64,000 bases of DNA from an uncultured Acidobacteriota bacterium (GTDB lineage Bacteria; Acidobacteriota; Vicinamibacteria; Vicinamibacterales; SCN-69-37). The notes under the pieces are model-generated. The model was not told where the DNA came from, did no database searches, and saw only the letters and a program-made list of their open reading frames with translations. Below, one piece after another: positions 1 through 10,657 of this stretch (position 1 is the stretch's first letter; each line of letters begins with the position of its first letter). The DNA lies in assembly GCA_963780855.1 (NCBI GenBank), contig CAWADF010000008.1, positions 164,189-228,188 on the forward strand. The letters run 5' to 3'. A program made the position numbers and the translations under genes.

Positions 1-729
1 CAGCAGGTTCATGGCGGGCGTGCCGATGAACGTCGCGACGAACGTGTTGGCCGGCGCCGCGTACACGTCCAGCGGCGGCGCGATCTGCTCGATCCGCCCG
101 TCGCGCATCACGGCGACGCGCGAGCCGAGCGTCATCGCTTCTTCCTGGTCGTGCGTGACGTACACGGTGGTGACGCCCAGCGAGCGATGCAGCCTCCGCA
201 ACTCGGTGCGCGCCTGCGTGCGCAGGGCGGGGTCCAGGTTGGAGAGCGGCTCGTCGAAGAGGAAGGCGCGCGGCTGCCGGACGATCGCCCGGCCGAGCGC
301 CACGCGCTGACGCTGGCCGCCCGACAGTTGCACCGGGCGCCGATCGAGCAGGGCCTCGAGGCCGAGCGCGCGTGCGGCCTCGGCGACGCGTTCGGCGATG
401 CGCTGCCGGTCCAGGTGTCGAACCGTGAGACCGTAGCCGAGATTTTCGCGCACGGTCATGTGCGGGTACAGCGCGTAGCTCTGAAAGACCATCGCGAGAT
501 CGCGCGTCTGCGGCGGCCACGCGGTCACGTCATCGCCGCCGAGGTGAATCCCGCCGCTGGTGGGCGTGTCGAGCCCGGCGATGAGCCGCAGCAGCGTGCT
601 CTTGCCGCAGCCTGACGGGCCGACGAGCACGAGGAACTCGCCGTCCTCAATCGTGAGGGAGACCTCCCGAACGGCCCGGTGTCCGTTCGAGAATGTCTTG
701 GTCACGGCGTCGAGGCGAAGGCCGGCCAT
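1..729 (-). CDS. ABC transporter ATP-binding subunit, sugar-import type (MalK/UgpC-like); 3' end runs off the window
   Basis: Not in the ORF track because it is open at the window edge. Hand translation of the minus strand from ATG 729-727 gives [47 protein letters not shown]... It carries Walker [10 protein letters not shown], signature [14 protein letters not shown] and Walker [12 protein letters not shown]. The start lies 5 nt after the stop of the upstream permease gene. Confidence 0.9.
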   Translation of the reverse strand, partial: MAGLRLDAVTKTFSNGHRAVREVSLTIEDGEFLVLVGPSGCGKSTLLRLIAGLDTPTSGGIHLGGDDVTAWPPQTRDLAMVFQSYALYPHMTVRENLGYGLTVRHLDRQRIAERVAEAARALGLEALLDRRPVQLSGGQRQRVALGRAIVRQPRAFLFDEPLSNLDPALRTQARTELRRLHRSLGVTTVYVTHDQEEAMTLGSRVAVMRDGRIEQIAPPLDVYAAPANTFVATFIGTPAMNLL

Positions 730-734
730 CGCGT

Positions 735-1553
735 TCAGCCTTTGCTCGCCCCGGCGCTGAGTCCAGCCACGATTCGGCGCTGGAACGCGAGGACAAGGAG
801 CGCGACTGGCACCGTGGCCACCACGGTGGCGGCGAGAATCTCGCCCCACGGCACCTGGTAGCGCCCGCGGAAGAGCATCACGGCCACCGGCACGGTATAC
901 CGATCGGGTCCGAGCGTGAACGACAGCGCGAAAAGGAACTCGTTCCAGCAGTACAGGAACGTCAGGATGGCGGCGGTGGCGACACCGGGCGCCGCCAGCG
1001 GCAGGACGACGTCGCGGAGAGCGCGGAGACGGGAGGCGCCGTCGAGCCGCGCGGCATCTTCCAGGTCCGGCGATAGCTGCTTGAAGAATCCGGTCAGGAG
1101 CCAGACGGCGAGCGGGACGGAAAACGTCACGTACGGCAGGACGAGGCCGGGATACGTGTTGAGCAGATGCAACCCACGGAGAAGGAGATAGAGCGGCGGC
1201 ACGATGGAGATCTGCGGAAACATCGAGACGGCGAGGATCAGCGCCAGCAGCGGTCCGCGCCCGCGAAAGCGAAGGCGCGCCAGCGCATAGGCGCAGAGCG
1301 CCGCCACCGGCACGGCGACGGCCGTGGTCGCGGCGGCGACGATCAGCGAGTTGCGGATGGGGATGAGGAAGTTTCGCTCGTCGAACAACGCCCGATAGTG
1401 ATCGAGGGCAGCGCTGGTCGGCACGAGCGGCGGCGTCTCGAACAGCCGCGCCTCCGGCACGAGTGACGACGCGATCATCCAGTAGACGGGAAAGAGCAGG
1501 AGCGCCAGCAGCAGAATCGCCGAGGCGCGGGCGGCGGCGGCGCCGGTCGTCAT
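735..1553 (-). CDS. ABC sugar transporter permease (MalG-type)
   Basis: Track ORF 735..1595(-). The preferred ATG at 1553 ([30 protein letters not shown]) overlaps the upstream stop as ATGA. The protein is a multi-TM profile with EAA-loop motif [27 protein letters not shown]. Confidence 0.9.
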   Translation of the reverse strand: MTTGAAAARASAILLLALLLFPVYWMIASSLVPEARLFETPPLVPTSAALDHYRALFDERNFLIPIRNSLIVAAATTAVAVPVAALCAYALARLRFRGRGPLLALILAVSMFPQISIVPPLYLLLRGLHLLNTYPGLVLPYVTFSVPLAVWLLTGFFKQLSPDLEDAARLDGASRLRALRDVVLPLAAPGVATAAILTFLYCWNEFLFALSFTLGPDRYTVPVAVMLFRGRYQVPWGEILAATVVATVPVALLVLAFQRRIVAGLSAGASKG

Positions 1554-2461
1554 CGCTCCATCCCCGCGAGCGAGCGGCCAAGCGCGCGGACCCACACCAG
1601 CGCGAAGCCGAACGTCAGCAGAAACACCGTGACGGACAACGCCGAGCCGTAGCCGAAGCGCAGGCGCTGCATCAGCGCGATGAAGGCATAGAGGGAGAGC
1701 GGCTCGGTGGCCGTGCCTGGACCGCCGCCGGTCATCACGTACGCGAGGTCGAAGAGACGCAGCGCGTCGAGCACGCGAAATGCCGCCGCCACGACGAGCG
1801 TCGGACGGAGCAACGGCAGCGTGATCGTGAAGAACCGGCGCACGGCGCCCGCGCCATCCACCCGTGCGGCCTCATCGAGCGCCGGATCGATCGTCTGGAG
1901 ACCGGCGAGCAGCAGGATCGCGACGAACGGCGTGGTCTTCCAGATGTCCGCGGCGCCAATGGGAATCCACGCCGCGAGCGGGTGGGCAAACCAGTCGAAC
2001 GACGCCGCCACCAGGCCGAGCTGGCGAAGCGGCGCCGTGACGATGCCAGCCTGCGCGTCGAACATGAAGCGCCACACCAGGGCCGCGACGACGGCGGGGA
2101 TGGCCCAGGGCAGCAGCGCGATGACACGCACGACTGCGCGGCCGCGCACGGCCGCGTGCATGATGAGCGCGAGCGCGAGGCCGAGCCCGAGTTCGATCGG
2201 CACCGAGACGATCGCGAACGTGACGGTGTGGACCAGCGCCGACAGGAAGCGCGGATCGCCGGCGGCTTCGACAAAGTTGCCGAGGCCCACGAACGGATGT
2301 CCCAGCCAGGGAAGCCGCAGGTCATGGCGGTGCAGGGCGTCCCAGCCCGTCGCGGCAATCGGGACGAACGCTCCGACGGCCAGACAGACGAGCGTTGGCG
2401 CGATGAGCCACCGCGCCAGTCGTCGCTCCTCCCGATCCATCGCGGCGCCGGGCGCGGTCAT
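1550..2461 (-). CDS. ABC sugar transporter permease (MalF-type)
   Basis: Last 304 codons of track ORF 1550..3352(-). ATG at 2461 ([29 protein letters not shown]) overlaps the binding-protein stop as ATGA. EAA motif [26 protein letters not shown] is present. The upstream part of the track ORF is R/A/G-rich read-through across the binding-protein gene in another frame. Confidence 0.9.
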   Translation of the reverse strand: MTAPGAAMDREERRLARWLIAPTLVCLAVGAFVPIAATGWDALHRHDLRLPWLGHPFVGLGNFVEAAGDPRFLSALVHTVTFAIVSVPIELGLGLALALIMHAAVRGRAVVRVIALLPWAIPAVVAALVWRFMFDAQAGIVTAPLRQLGLVAASFDWFAHPLAAWIPIGAADIWKTTPFVAILLLAGLQTIDPALDEAARVDGAGAVRRFFTITLPLLRPTLVVAAAFRVLDALRLFDLAYVMTGGGPGTATEPLSLYAFIALMQRLRFGYGSALSVTVFLLTFGFALVWVRALGRSLAGMER

Positions 2462-3747
2462 GATGGCCGCCCCGGCGACGCGAGTCCGGCGCGCGCCAGC
2501 AGCGCGCGAATCTCGCGCGCCGCGTCGTGCAGCGCGATATCGGGCGTCTCCTGTCCGCTGAGCGCGCGATGCAGGTGGACCTGCAGAAGCTCCGAAAGCT
2601 CGCTGTACACCGGCGTGACGGGCCGAGCCACGGCGGCGTCGAGGATGGGACGGATGGCGCCCGCCGCGACGGGCAGGGCGGCGGCGAGCTCCGGGCTGTC
2701 GTAGACGGATCGGCGGGCCGGGAGCTGCGCCGCCAGCCGCGCGCGCTCGATCATCTGATCCGGCGCGGTCAGGAACCGGACCAGCGCCCACGCCAGATCG
2801 GGATGTCGGCTGGCCGCGTTGATGGCCAGATCGGCGCCGCCAAGCGCGGCCGCCGGCCGGCCGCCCTCGCCGGCCGGGAACGGCGCCACGCCAAATCGTC
2901 CGGCGACGCGCGATTGCGACGCGTCCTGCAGGAGCGTCTGCGCGTACGGCCAATTCCGCATGAACGCCGCGTCGCCATTCTGAAAGGCAAAGCGCGTCTG
3001 TTCCTCCTGCCACGTCAGCACCGAGGGCGGCACGAAGCCGTCCGGGCCGACCGCGTCGCACATGAAGGTCAACGCGCGTACCGCCGCCGGACGATCGAGA
3101 ATCACGCGGCCGCCGGCGTCGAGGATAGCCCCGCCGAACGCGGCAAGATGCTCGAGGAACACCGTGACGAGACCCTCGTACCGCGCCCCCTGCCACACGA
3201 GGCCGTACCGCACGGCGCCCGTGCGCTGCAGGCGCCGCGCGTCCGCCGCGAGATCGGCAAGCGAGACCGGCGCCGCCGGTAGCAGATCGCTGCGCCAGTA
3301 GAGGAGTCCGAGATCCACGAACCAGGGCATGGCGAACAGCCGATCGCGCCATCGGGCGGCGGAGAGCGCGGCCGGCACCAGATCATTCGTCTCAGGCGCA
3401 AACCGATCGAGCGGCAGAATCCAGCCCGCGCCCGCAAACTCGGCCGTCCAGACGACATCGAGCTGCAGCACGTCGGGATCGGCGGCCCGCGCGTTCAGCC
3501 ACTGGACGTACAGTTGATGTCGCTGATCGGCGGCGTCGGGCGTGACGCGGATCTCGACCGTGACGCCGGGGTGCTGCTGTTCGAACCGGTGCAGCTGTTG
3601 TCTCAGGACCGCGCCTTCCGGGCCGAGGGCGCTGCCGGAGAACGCCAGGTGACGGGTATCCGCCGGCGCCGCGCACGCGGCGACCGATGCGGCCAGGCCG
3701 GCGGCGGCGAGCCAGGGCCGGCGTCGGATCTGCTGCTCCATGATCAC
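2458..3747 (-). CDS. ABC transporter extracellular solute-binding protein (family 1, sugar type), lipoprotein
   Basis: Track ORF 2458..3747(-), 429 aa. Lipoprotein-like signal RRRPWLAAAGLAASVAACAAP (LAAC lipobox). It is first in an SBP-permease-permease-ATPase operon with 4-nt overlaps. Confidence 0.85.
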   Translation of the reverse strand: MIMEQQIRRRPWLAAAGLAASVAACAAPADTRHLAFSGSALGPEGAVLRQQLHRFEQQHPGVTVEIRVTPDAADQRHQLYVQWLNARAADPDVLQLDVVWTAEFAGAGWILPLDRFAPETNDLVPAALSAARWRDRLFAMPWFVDLGLLYWRSDLLPAAPVSLADLAADARRLQRTGAVRYGLVWQGARYEGLVTVFLEHLAAFGGAILDAGGRVILDRPAAVRALTFMCDAVGPDGFVPPSVLTWQEEQTRFAFQNGDAAFMRNWPYAQTLLQDASQSRVAGRFGVAPFPAGEGGRPAAALGGADLAINAASRHPDLAWALVRFLTAPDQMIERARLAAQLPARRSVYDSPELAAALPVAAGAIRPILDAAVARPVTPVYSELSELLQVHLHRALSGQETPDIALHDAAREIRALLARAGLASPGRPS

Positions 3748-3820
3748 GCCAGACGCTCATGATACGTGGAGTTGAAATCAACGGCGGTGCGTGCCCGCCG
3801 GCCGCGTGGACCGGCGCCGC

Positions 3821-5877
3821 TCACTTCACCGCGAGTCCGGCGTCGTACATCCGTCCGTACATCAGGTACTGACGTACGGCGTCCCGTGGATAGCTGATGC
3901 GCACGCTGGACGCGGCGCCGCGCGCATCGACCGAGGCCGTCAGCTCCGCGTTGATGCCCGCCCAGTAGACCGGCAGGTCGAGCTGCTTGTAGCGGGCGAC
4001 GACCTGGTCGCGCACGGCCGGATCGAAGTGCACGCCGTAGCGGTCCACCAGCGCCTTGATCGCCGCGTAGTCGCCCTCAGCTTTGATCCGCATGAGCTCC
4101 GCGAGCAGCATGCCGACGCCGGTGCGCATCTTCTCGTAGTCGGTGACGCGCACATACGTCTTGCCGTCGCGTTCGATTTGTTCGATCGCGCCGGTCTTGT
4201 CCTTGATGTAGTTCGCGATCAGCGCGCGGTCGCGCTGGTGATCCTCGTTGATCGTGTCGCCGCGCGGGATGCGGCGCAGCTGCTGCAGTGAGACGCTGGC
4301 CGCGCTGTCGTACATCGCCTTCGCGACCTCGTCCTGGTCCTTGACGAGGCCCAGCGCCGCCAGCTTCGGATCCCACACGTTCCAGAGAGCCATGAGATCG
4401 GCGCGCGCCTCCTCCAGCGTCGAGAAGTACTCCTTGAGGTACGGCTCGGCGCCGCCCTTCAGGCGGTCGCTCAGCTTGCCGGACCCGTGGCCGATGACCT
4501 CATGCATCGCGGTGAGCAGGTCCTCGGCCTGCTCGCCGTATTTCGCGGCGCGGGCTTCGATTTCCGGCGTGGCGGCAAACTCGCGGCGCGCACCGCGCCC
4601 CGCCGCGCGATCGAGCGCATGGCTGCTGCCGATGAACAGAAAATTCTTCGTGCCGTACTTCTCATGGATCTCGTTCTCGTTCGGCAGGTTGTCGCCGATC
4701 GTCGTCGCGTGGAAATCGCCGGTCTCGACGAGGACCTGCACCGCCTTGACGACCGGCGGCTGGAAGGCCGTCTTCTTGTACTTGGCGTCCCAGGGCGCCT
4801 TCTCCTCGAAGTACGCGGCGTTCTGCGCGAGCGACACCATCGCGTTCGTGACCGGGCGGTCGGTGATCGACACGAAGCTCTGGGAGCTGCCCTTGGCGCC
4901 GCGCGCGTCGCGGTACACCTCGATGAAGCCGTTGGCGAAATCCACGGTGGCGTCGTTGCGCACCCAGTCGGAGCCGAACTGCAGCCAGTCCCCTGGATTC
5001 GCCGGTCTGATAGAAGCGGATGAGTCCCGCGATGACCTTCGCCTGCGCGGGGTCGGCGAGCGCCCGCGCCTTCTCGAGGTAGCCGATGGCTTTCTGCAGA
5101 TACACGGCGTAGAGGCCAGGCGGAATCGTCTTGTCCGGCGTGCCCGCGCGGTAGACCTCTTCCCTCAGCGTGACGCCTGACTTCACGAGGCGGGAGTTGA
5201 GTGGATACCGCTCGTGGAAGCTTCGCCAGGTCGGCCAGCGAGACGCCCTGATAGAAGGTGTTCGAGCTCGCCTGCAGGATGTCCTGGCCGGGCGGCGGCG
5301 TCTTGGCGGTGATCGACGGCTCGAAGTCCGCGTCGAAGAACGCGGTCTTCAGTGCGTCCACTTCCGTGGTGACGGCCGCGGCGGTGGGGAGCGCCGGGAG
5401 ATCTCCGTACGCGGTCTTGAAGCCTCCCGCGGCTTGCACGGCCAGCGCCGCGGCGCGAAGGTCCTCGAACGTGAAGGTCGGCAGGAACTTGAGCGTCGTG
5501 TTCTCGTTGTGGTTGCCGCGGTTGGCCCAGAAGAGCAGCGCGAACGTGCGAATCTTCGCGAACGCCGCCGGCGCGACCGCGGTCGGTCGCGCCACGATCT
5601 CCTCGAGGAGCCGTTTCTCGCGCAGGCCGAAGCGCGAGAGCTGGTCGTAGATGATGGGGTCAATCGCGATCGACGCCTGCGTCAGCCAGTAGGCCAGCGC
5701 CTGCTGCTTGGCGTCGAGCTGGCCGAAGCTGTCGGCCTGCAGTTGGATGAAGCCGGTGTCACCGACGCGTTCGACCAGCGCGCTCGCGGCCGGCGCCTGG
5801 GCGGTGGCCCGTAGATCCGATCGCACCGCGACGACCGAGACGATCGCCAGGACACTCCAGATAATTCGGCGAGCCAT
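3821..5877 (-). pseudogene. Peptidase family M49 (dipeptidyl-peptidase III-like), secreted; two frame breaks
   Basis: Three minus-strand track ORFs join into one protein. They are 4471..6243 (real part from ATG 5877, RBS AAGGAGG, signal-like MARRIIWSVLAIVSVVAV), 4662..5186 and 3821..4963. The C-terminal part has HEVIGHGSG and EEARADL, matching the HExxGH and EExRA(E/D) zinc motifs of M49. Frame breaks lie at ~5215 (CC run) and 4990-4993 (CCCC on + strand). Each behaves as one extra base. Confidence 0.8.
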
Positions 5878-6149
5878 TCGTCCCTCCTTGGTCGATTCTA
5901 TCCGTCCTGCTCGGCGCGGGATGAAGACGACACCCGCGGCTGGCGCGCGTCGTGCCGAGCCACGAATCTGTACCTCCCTGACATCTTCGAGGCCGGGGTG
6001 CATCGCGGTGGCATGTGGACCGCGCAGAAAACGGCGGAATTGTCGATGCTTGCGCCATCGTTCCGATGGGCACGGTCCTTGCGCCAGGAACTCACGCGCC
6101 CAGGCAGGTTGGTCCTGTAACTGCCGGGCGGCCCAGCAGGGAGGAGCCA

Positions 6150-8090
6150 ATGCCGGCGTCGAGCCATCGTCTGACCGTTCATCACCATCTGGCCGTGTCG
6201 CGTCTCGCGGCAGCACTCGCGTTCGCGAGCCTGGTGGGCGCACCGCCCAGCCTGCAGGCGCAAGGCCGGCCCCAGTCCCTGCCCCCGCAGGCGTCCCAGG
6301 TGGCCCAGGACATCGTGCAATTCGACGGCGAGCTCGAAGTGCAGTACGAAGACTCGGCTGCCGGTCCCCGGCTGCTGCATTACCTTCGCACGCCCAACGG
6401 CAAGATGAGCTTGCAGTTCACGGATCAGCCGCTCGACTGGCTGTCTGGCACGCAGGTCCGCGTGCGGGGCCGGATGCGCGACGCCAACACGCTTCAGTTG
6501 TCGGCGTCGAGCGACGTGCAGACGCTGGCGCTGCCCACGGCCAACACGTTCGGCGCGCAGAACACGCTCGTCATCCTGATCAACTTCCAGGACAATGCGT
6601 CGCAGCCGTACTCGGTCTCGACCGCCAACGCCACGACGTTCCAGACGACCAGCGACTTCTACTTCGAGAACTCCTATCACCAGACGTGGCTCACCGGCAC
6701 CGTCGTCGGCTGGTTCCAGATCAACGCGAGCAGCTCGAGCTGTGCGACGGACACGTGGGCCAGCCTGGCCGATCAGGCCGCGCAGAACGCGGGCATCAAT
6801 CTGTCGAACTATCCGCGGCGCATCTACGGGTTTCCCGCCACCGCGTCGTGTGCGTGGTGGGGGCTGGGATCCGTGGGTGGCAATCCGTCGCGTGCGTGGA
6901 TCAACGGCGACTACGTGCTCAAGGTCGTCGGCCACGAGTTCGGCCACAACCTGGGCGAGTACCACTCGCACTCGAAGGCCTGCGGCAGCACCGGCTGTTC
7001 CACCAGTGAGTACGGCGACGACCACGACATCATGGGCAATCCCACGTCCGGCCATCTGAACGCGTTCCAGAAGGAGCGTCTGGGCTGGCTGAACTACGGC
7101 GGCTCGCCGCCGATTCAGACGATCACGCAGAGCGGCAGCTACCACATCGACCCGCTCGAGCCGACCGGCACGGCGCCCAAGGCCCTGAAGGTGCTCGCCT
7201 CGACGGATAGCGGCGGCCTGCGGACGTTCTACTACGTCGAAGCGCGCGCCAACACCGGATTCGACGCGGGCATTTCGCCGGGCGTGCTTGTCCATACCGG
7301 CTATGAGGGATCCGGCAACTCCAGCTACGAGACCGACCTGGATCCGCTCGGCAGCAGCTTCGATGTCCTGCTCGACCCTGGCCAGACGTACACGGATGCG
7401 GCGGCGGGAGTGTCGATTTCCGCCGCGTCGGTCGACAGCACTGGCGCGACCGTGTCGGTTTCGGTGAACGCGCCCGCCTGCACGGCGTCGGCGCCGACGG
7501 TCTCAATCTCGCCGTCGACCATGGTGTCGGCCGCGCCCGGCGCGTCGGTGTCCTACACGATGAGCGTGAAGAACAACGACGGCAGTACGTGCGACAACGC
7601 GACGTTCGGGATGAACTCGTTGCTCCCGGCCGGCTGGAACGCGGCGTTCGGCTTGCCGACGCTGACGCTCTCGCCGGGGGCCTCCGGGTCCACGGCCTTT
7701 ACGTTGACGTCGTCGACGTCGGCGAGCGGCCGGTACTCGTTCCAGAACGGCGCGACGCGGTCGGGTCCGAGTGCGTCGGTGACCGAGGCGATCAACATCA
7801 TCTCGTCATTCAGCGTGACGCTCTCGACCACCAGCAAGGGCTCCGGCAACCAAATCTCCGCGGCCGTCAGGGCCAACGGCGCGCCTGTCAGCGGGGCCAG
7901 TGTGACGTTCACCCTGACCAATCCTCGGGGCAGTGCCCGCACGCTGTCCGCGACGACCAATTCGAGCGGCGTGGCCACCGTCCAGTTCCGCCCCAAGCGA
8001 AACGACCCGAGCGGGACGTACGCGATCACCGCAATAGCGACGCTCGGCGGGTTGTCTGGAACAGCTTCGGGTACGCTGACGGTCCGCTAG
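6150..8090 (+). CDS. Secreted zinc metalloprotease (HExxHxxGxxH metzincin-type; gametolysin M11-like by motif) with C-terminal Ig-like/NEW3-like modules
   Basis: Track ORF 6015..8090(+). ATG 6150 is preceded by GGAGGAG. Signal peptide is MPASSHRLTVHHHLAVSRLAAALAFASLVGAPPSLQA. Zinc motif is VVGHEFGHNLGEYHSH. The C-terminal ~250 aa are Ser/Thr/Ala-rich beta-sandwich-like repeats (..SVSYTMSVKNNDGSTCDNATF.., ..VTFTLTNPRGSARTLSATTNSSGVATVQF..). Confidence 0.75.
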   Translation: MPASSHRLTVHHHLAVSRLAAALAFASLVGAPPSLQAQGRPQSLPPQASQVAQDIVQFDGELEVQYEDSAAGPRLLHYLRTPNGKMSLQFTDQPLDWLSGTQVRVRGRMRDANTLQLSASSDVQTLALPTANTFGAQNTLVILINFQDNASQPYSVSTANATTFQTTSDFYFENSYHQTWLTGTVVGWFQINASSSSCATDTWASLADQAAQNAGINLSNYPRRIYGFPATASCAWWGLGSVGGNPSRAWINGDYVLKVVGHEFGHNLGEYHSHSKACGSTGCSTSEYGDDHDIMGNPTSGHLNAFQKERLGWLNYGGSPPIQTITQSGSYHIDPLEPTGTAPKALKVLASTDSGGLRTFYYVEARANTGFDAGISPGVLVHTGYEGSGNSSYETDLDPLGSSFDVLLDPGQTYTDAAAGVSISAASVDSTGATVSVSVNAPACTASAPTVSISPSTMVSAAPGASVSYTMSVKNNDGSTCDNATFGMNSLLPAGWNAAFGLPTLTLSPGASGSTAFTLTSSTSASGRYSFQNGATRSGPSASVTEAINIISSFSVTLSTTSKGSGNQISAAVRANGAPVSGASVTFTLTNPRGSARTLSATTNSSGVATVQFRPKRNDPSGTYAITAIATLGGLSGTASGTLTVR

Positions 8091-8101
8091 ATCGCGACTG
8101 C

Positions 8102-9382
8102 TCATTCCCGCCGTCTGCCTCGGCGATCCATTGGCCTGGTCGCCGGGGCAGACGCGCTCGAGTCGACGTCCTGGGGCCCAGCGCCCGATTTCGACTGCCC
8201 GTATTCTTGCAGCTGAATCCGATCCAGCAGCGATCGACCCATCAAGAGGCGGGTGACGCCGGGAATGGCCATCGCGTACATCATCAGATTCCGCGCGAAC
8301 AAGCCCAGCGTCGTTCGCGGCGCGAACGATCCGGCAAACCGTTCGGCCGCGCGCTGCTTGTCCAGAACGAACGGACCGAGCGCCTGCTGATAACGCGCGA
8401 ACGCCTCGTCCACGCTCCTCGCACGCGACAACTCGCCGGCCAGCACGTACGCGCCGATAATCGCCAGCGCGGACCCCTGACCCGCAAGCAGCGACGGCGC
8501 CGACGCGGCGTCACCGACCAGTCCGACGGGCCCCTTGCTCCACGCGTCCATGCGAATCTGGCTGACGCGGTCGAAGTAAAGATCGCTCGCCTGCGGCAGC
8601 GAGTCGAGGATCTGGGGACATTCCCAGCCCAAACCGGCAAAGCGGCTCTGCAGGTAGGCGTGCTGGCCGGCCCGGTCGTGCGGATCGATCGCCGGGCCCC
8701 CGTCGTCGGTCGCGACGAGCAGAAACATCGTGCGGTCGCCCCGCATTGAAAAGCGCGTGACCTGCCGGCCCGGCGCGCCCAGGCCGATGTAGACGTTCTC
8801 GGTGCGAGGTCGATAGCCCGTGACGTCGAACGCGGCGACGACATAGCCCATGTAGCGCTCGATATCCGTGCGCGCGCCGAACGCGAGCGTTCGCACGTGC
8901 GAGTGCAGTCCGTCGGCGCCAATCACGACGTCGAAGCGTCGCGCCGGCGCGTGCTCGAAGCTCACGATCGCGCCGTCGCCCCACGCGTCGATTGCCGCGA
9001 TGCTGTCGCCGAAGACGGTCTGCATGCGGTCGGCAACGGCGCGATAGAGCACGGCGCTCAGATCGCCGCGCGCCAGGCTCGTGAACCGGCCTCCAGTCGC
9101 CGAGAAAAAGGCGTCGGTGCCGAAGCCGCCGACTCGACGGCCGGCCGCGTTGACGATGCGGACCTCGCGCACGTGGTAGCCGGCCTCGAGGATCGCCGGG
9201 AGCAGTCCCATGCGATCGGCGAGGTCGTAGCCCACGCCCCAGAAGTCGATCATGTAGCCGCCCGTCCGCACGCGCGGCGCGCGTTCGATGAGAGTCGGCT
9301 GGAAGCCGTGCTCGAGCAGCCAGTAGGCGAGTGCGGGGCCGGCCACGCCGATGCCGGAAATCAGCACCGACCGGCCGGCCAC
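8102..9382 (-). CDS. FAD-dependent monooxygenase (UbiH/PheA-type flavoprotein hydroxylase family)
   Basis: Track ORF 8102..9589(-). GTG at 9382, 2 nt after the FtsX-gene stop, gives VAGRSVLISGIGVAGPALAYWLLEHGFQPTLIERAP (GxGxxG FAD fold). Later motifs are FDVVIGADGLHSHVR and VGLVGDAASAPSLLAGQG. Confidence 0.8.
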   Translation of the reverse strand: MAGRSVLISGIGVAGPALAYWLLEHGFQPTLIERAPRVRTGGYMIDFWGVGYDLADRMGLLPAILEAGYHVREVRIVNAAGRRVGGFGTDAFFSATGGRFTSLARGDLSAVLYRAVADRMQTVFGDSIAAIDAWGDGAIVSFEHAPARRFDVVIGADGLHSHVRTLAFGARTDIERYMGYVVAAFDVTGYRPRTENVYIGLGAPGRQVTRFSMRGDRTMFLLVATDDGGPAIDPHDRAGQHAYLQSRFAGLGWECPQILDSLPQASDLYFDRVSQIRMDAWSKGPVGLVGDAASAPSLLAGQGSALAIIGAYVLAGELSRARSVDEAFARYQQALGPFVLDKQRAAERFAGSFAPRTTLGLFARNLMMYAMAIPGVTRLLMGRSLLDRIQLQEYGQSKSGAGPQDVDSSASAPATRPMDRRGRRRE

Positions 9383-9384
9383 GG

Positions 9385-10602
9385 TCAGTTCTCGGCCCGC
9401 AGCGCTTCGATGGGATCGAGGGCCGATGCGCGATGCGCGGGAAGGTAGCCGAACAGCAAACCGGCGCCGACCGCCGCGGCCGTGACGGCGGCGATGAGCC
9501 TGCCGGACACGACGACCGGCGCGTCGTAGTACTGGCCGAGCAGCCAACTCGCGACGATCCCCAGGCCGATGCCGGCCAGCCCGCCGCACGTGCCGATGGC
9601 GGCGGCTTCGAAGAGGAACTGCCAGCGGATGTCGCGCACGCGGGCGCCGACGGCCATGCGCGCGCCGATCTCCCGGCGCCGCTCCGTCACCGAGACCAGC
9701 ATGATGTTCATGATCCCGATGCCGCCGATGACCAGCGACACGCTGCCGATCGCCGTCAGCAGCAGGCGAAGCGTCTCCGTTGTCCGAGCGCGCATTTCAA
9801 GCCACGCGGTCGGATCCTGCAGCTCGAAGTCGTTCGGGTCTTCGCCGTACAGCTCGTGACGCTCGCGCAGCAGTTCCGCCGCCTTCTGCTCGGCGACGGG
9901 CAGCATCGTGGCCGAGGACGCCGAGCACATGATGTCGTTGATCCACGGATGGCGCTCGAGCAGCCGCCGCGCCGTGCTGATCGGGATGAACATCGCGTCA
10001 TCGCGGTCGACGCCGCCGCCGCCGACGCCTTTCGTCTGGAGCACGCCGAGGACCTGATAGACGAAGCGTCCGATGCGCACCGACCGCCCGACCGGGTTGT
10101 CGCCGTTGAAGACTTGCTCGGCCACAGTCGGGCCGAGGACGACGACGCGGGCGTTGTGCGTCTCGTCGTAGTCGTTGAACAGCGTGCCGAGCGCGGCGGT
10201 GCGCTTCCTGACCTCGAAATAGTCCGGCGACACGCCCTGATAGGTCGTATTCCAGTTCTCGTTGCCGATGATGATCTGCTCGCGGCCGTTGACCCGCGGC
10301 GAGCACTTCGTGATCTCGGGGACCTCGGCCGCCAGCGCCGCGGCGTCTTCGACGGTGAGCGTGCGCGCGCCGCCGCTGCCGGTGCGCACGCCGCCGATGT
10401 TGCGGTTGCCGGCGCGAATCCAGATGAAATTGTCGCCGAGCGCGTCGAGCTGCGCCTGGACGCGCGACGCGCCGCCGCCGCCGAGCGCGGCGGTGGCGAT
10501 CACGGCCGCGATACCGATGCCCACGCCAAGGATCGCGAGCGCAGTGCGCATCCGATTGCGCCGCAGCGCGCTGAGGGCCATGTCAATCAGTCGGAACAGC
10601 AT
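9385..10602 (-). CDS. MacB/FtsX-family ABC transporter permease (no cognate ATPase or adaptor adjacent)
   Basis: Track ORF 9385..10632(-). ATG 10602 is preceded by AGGGAGAAAG. N-terminus is MLFRLIDMALSALRRNRMRTALAILGVGIGIAAVIATAALG. A large periplasmic domain is followed by a C-terminal FtsX block ..ERRREIGARMAVGARVRDIRWQFLFEAAAIGTCGGLAGIGLG.. Confidence 0.85.
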   Translation of the reverse strand: MLFRLIDMALSALRRNRMRTALAILGVGIGIAAVIATAALGGGGASRVQAQLDALGDNFIWIRAGNRNIGGVRTGSGGARTLTVEDAAALAAEVPEITKCSPRVNGREQIIIGNENWNTTYQGVSPDYFEVRKRTAALGTLFNDYDETHNARVVVLGPTVAEQVFNGDNPVGRSVRIGRFVYQVLGVLQTKGVGGGGVDRDDAMFIPISTARRLLERHPWINDIMCSASSATMLPVAEQKAAELLRERHELYGEDPNDFELQDPTAWLEMRARTTETLRLLLTAIGSVSLVIGGIGIMNIMLVSVTERRREIGARMAVGARVRDIRWQFLFEAAAIGTCGGLAGIGLGIVASWLLGQYYDAPVVVSGRLIAAVTAAAVGAGLLFGYLPAHRASALDPIEALRAEN

Positions 10603-10657
10603 CTTTCTCCCTTTGACGTCCGGTCGAGCCATCTGGCCGCGATATGCTAGCGCCGCG

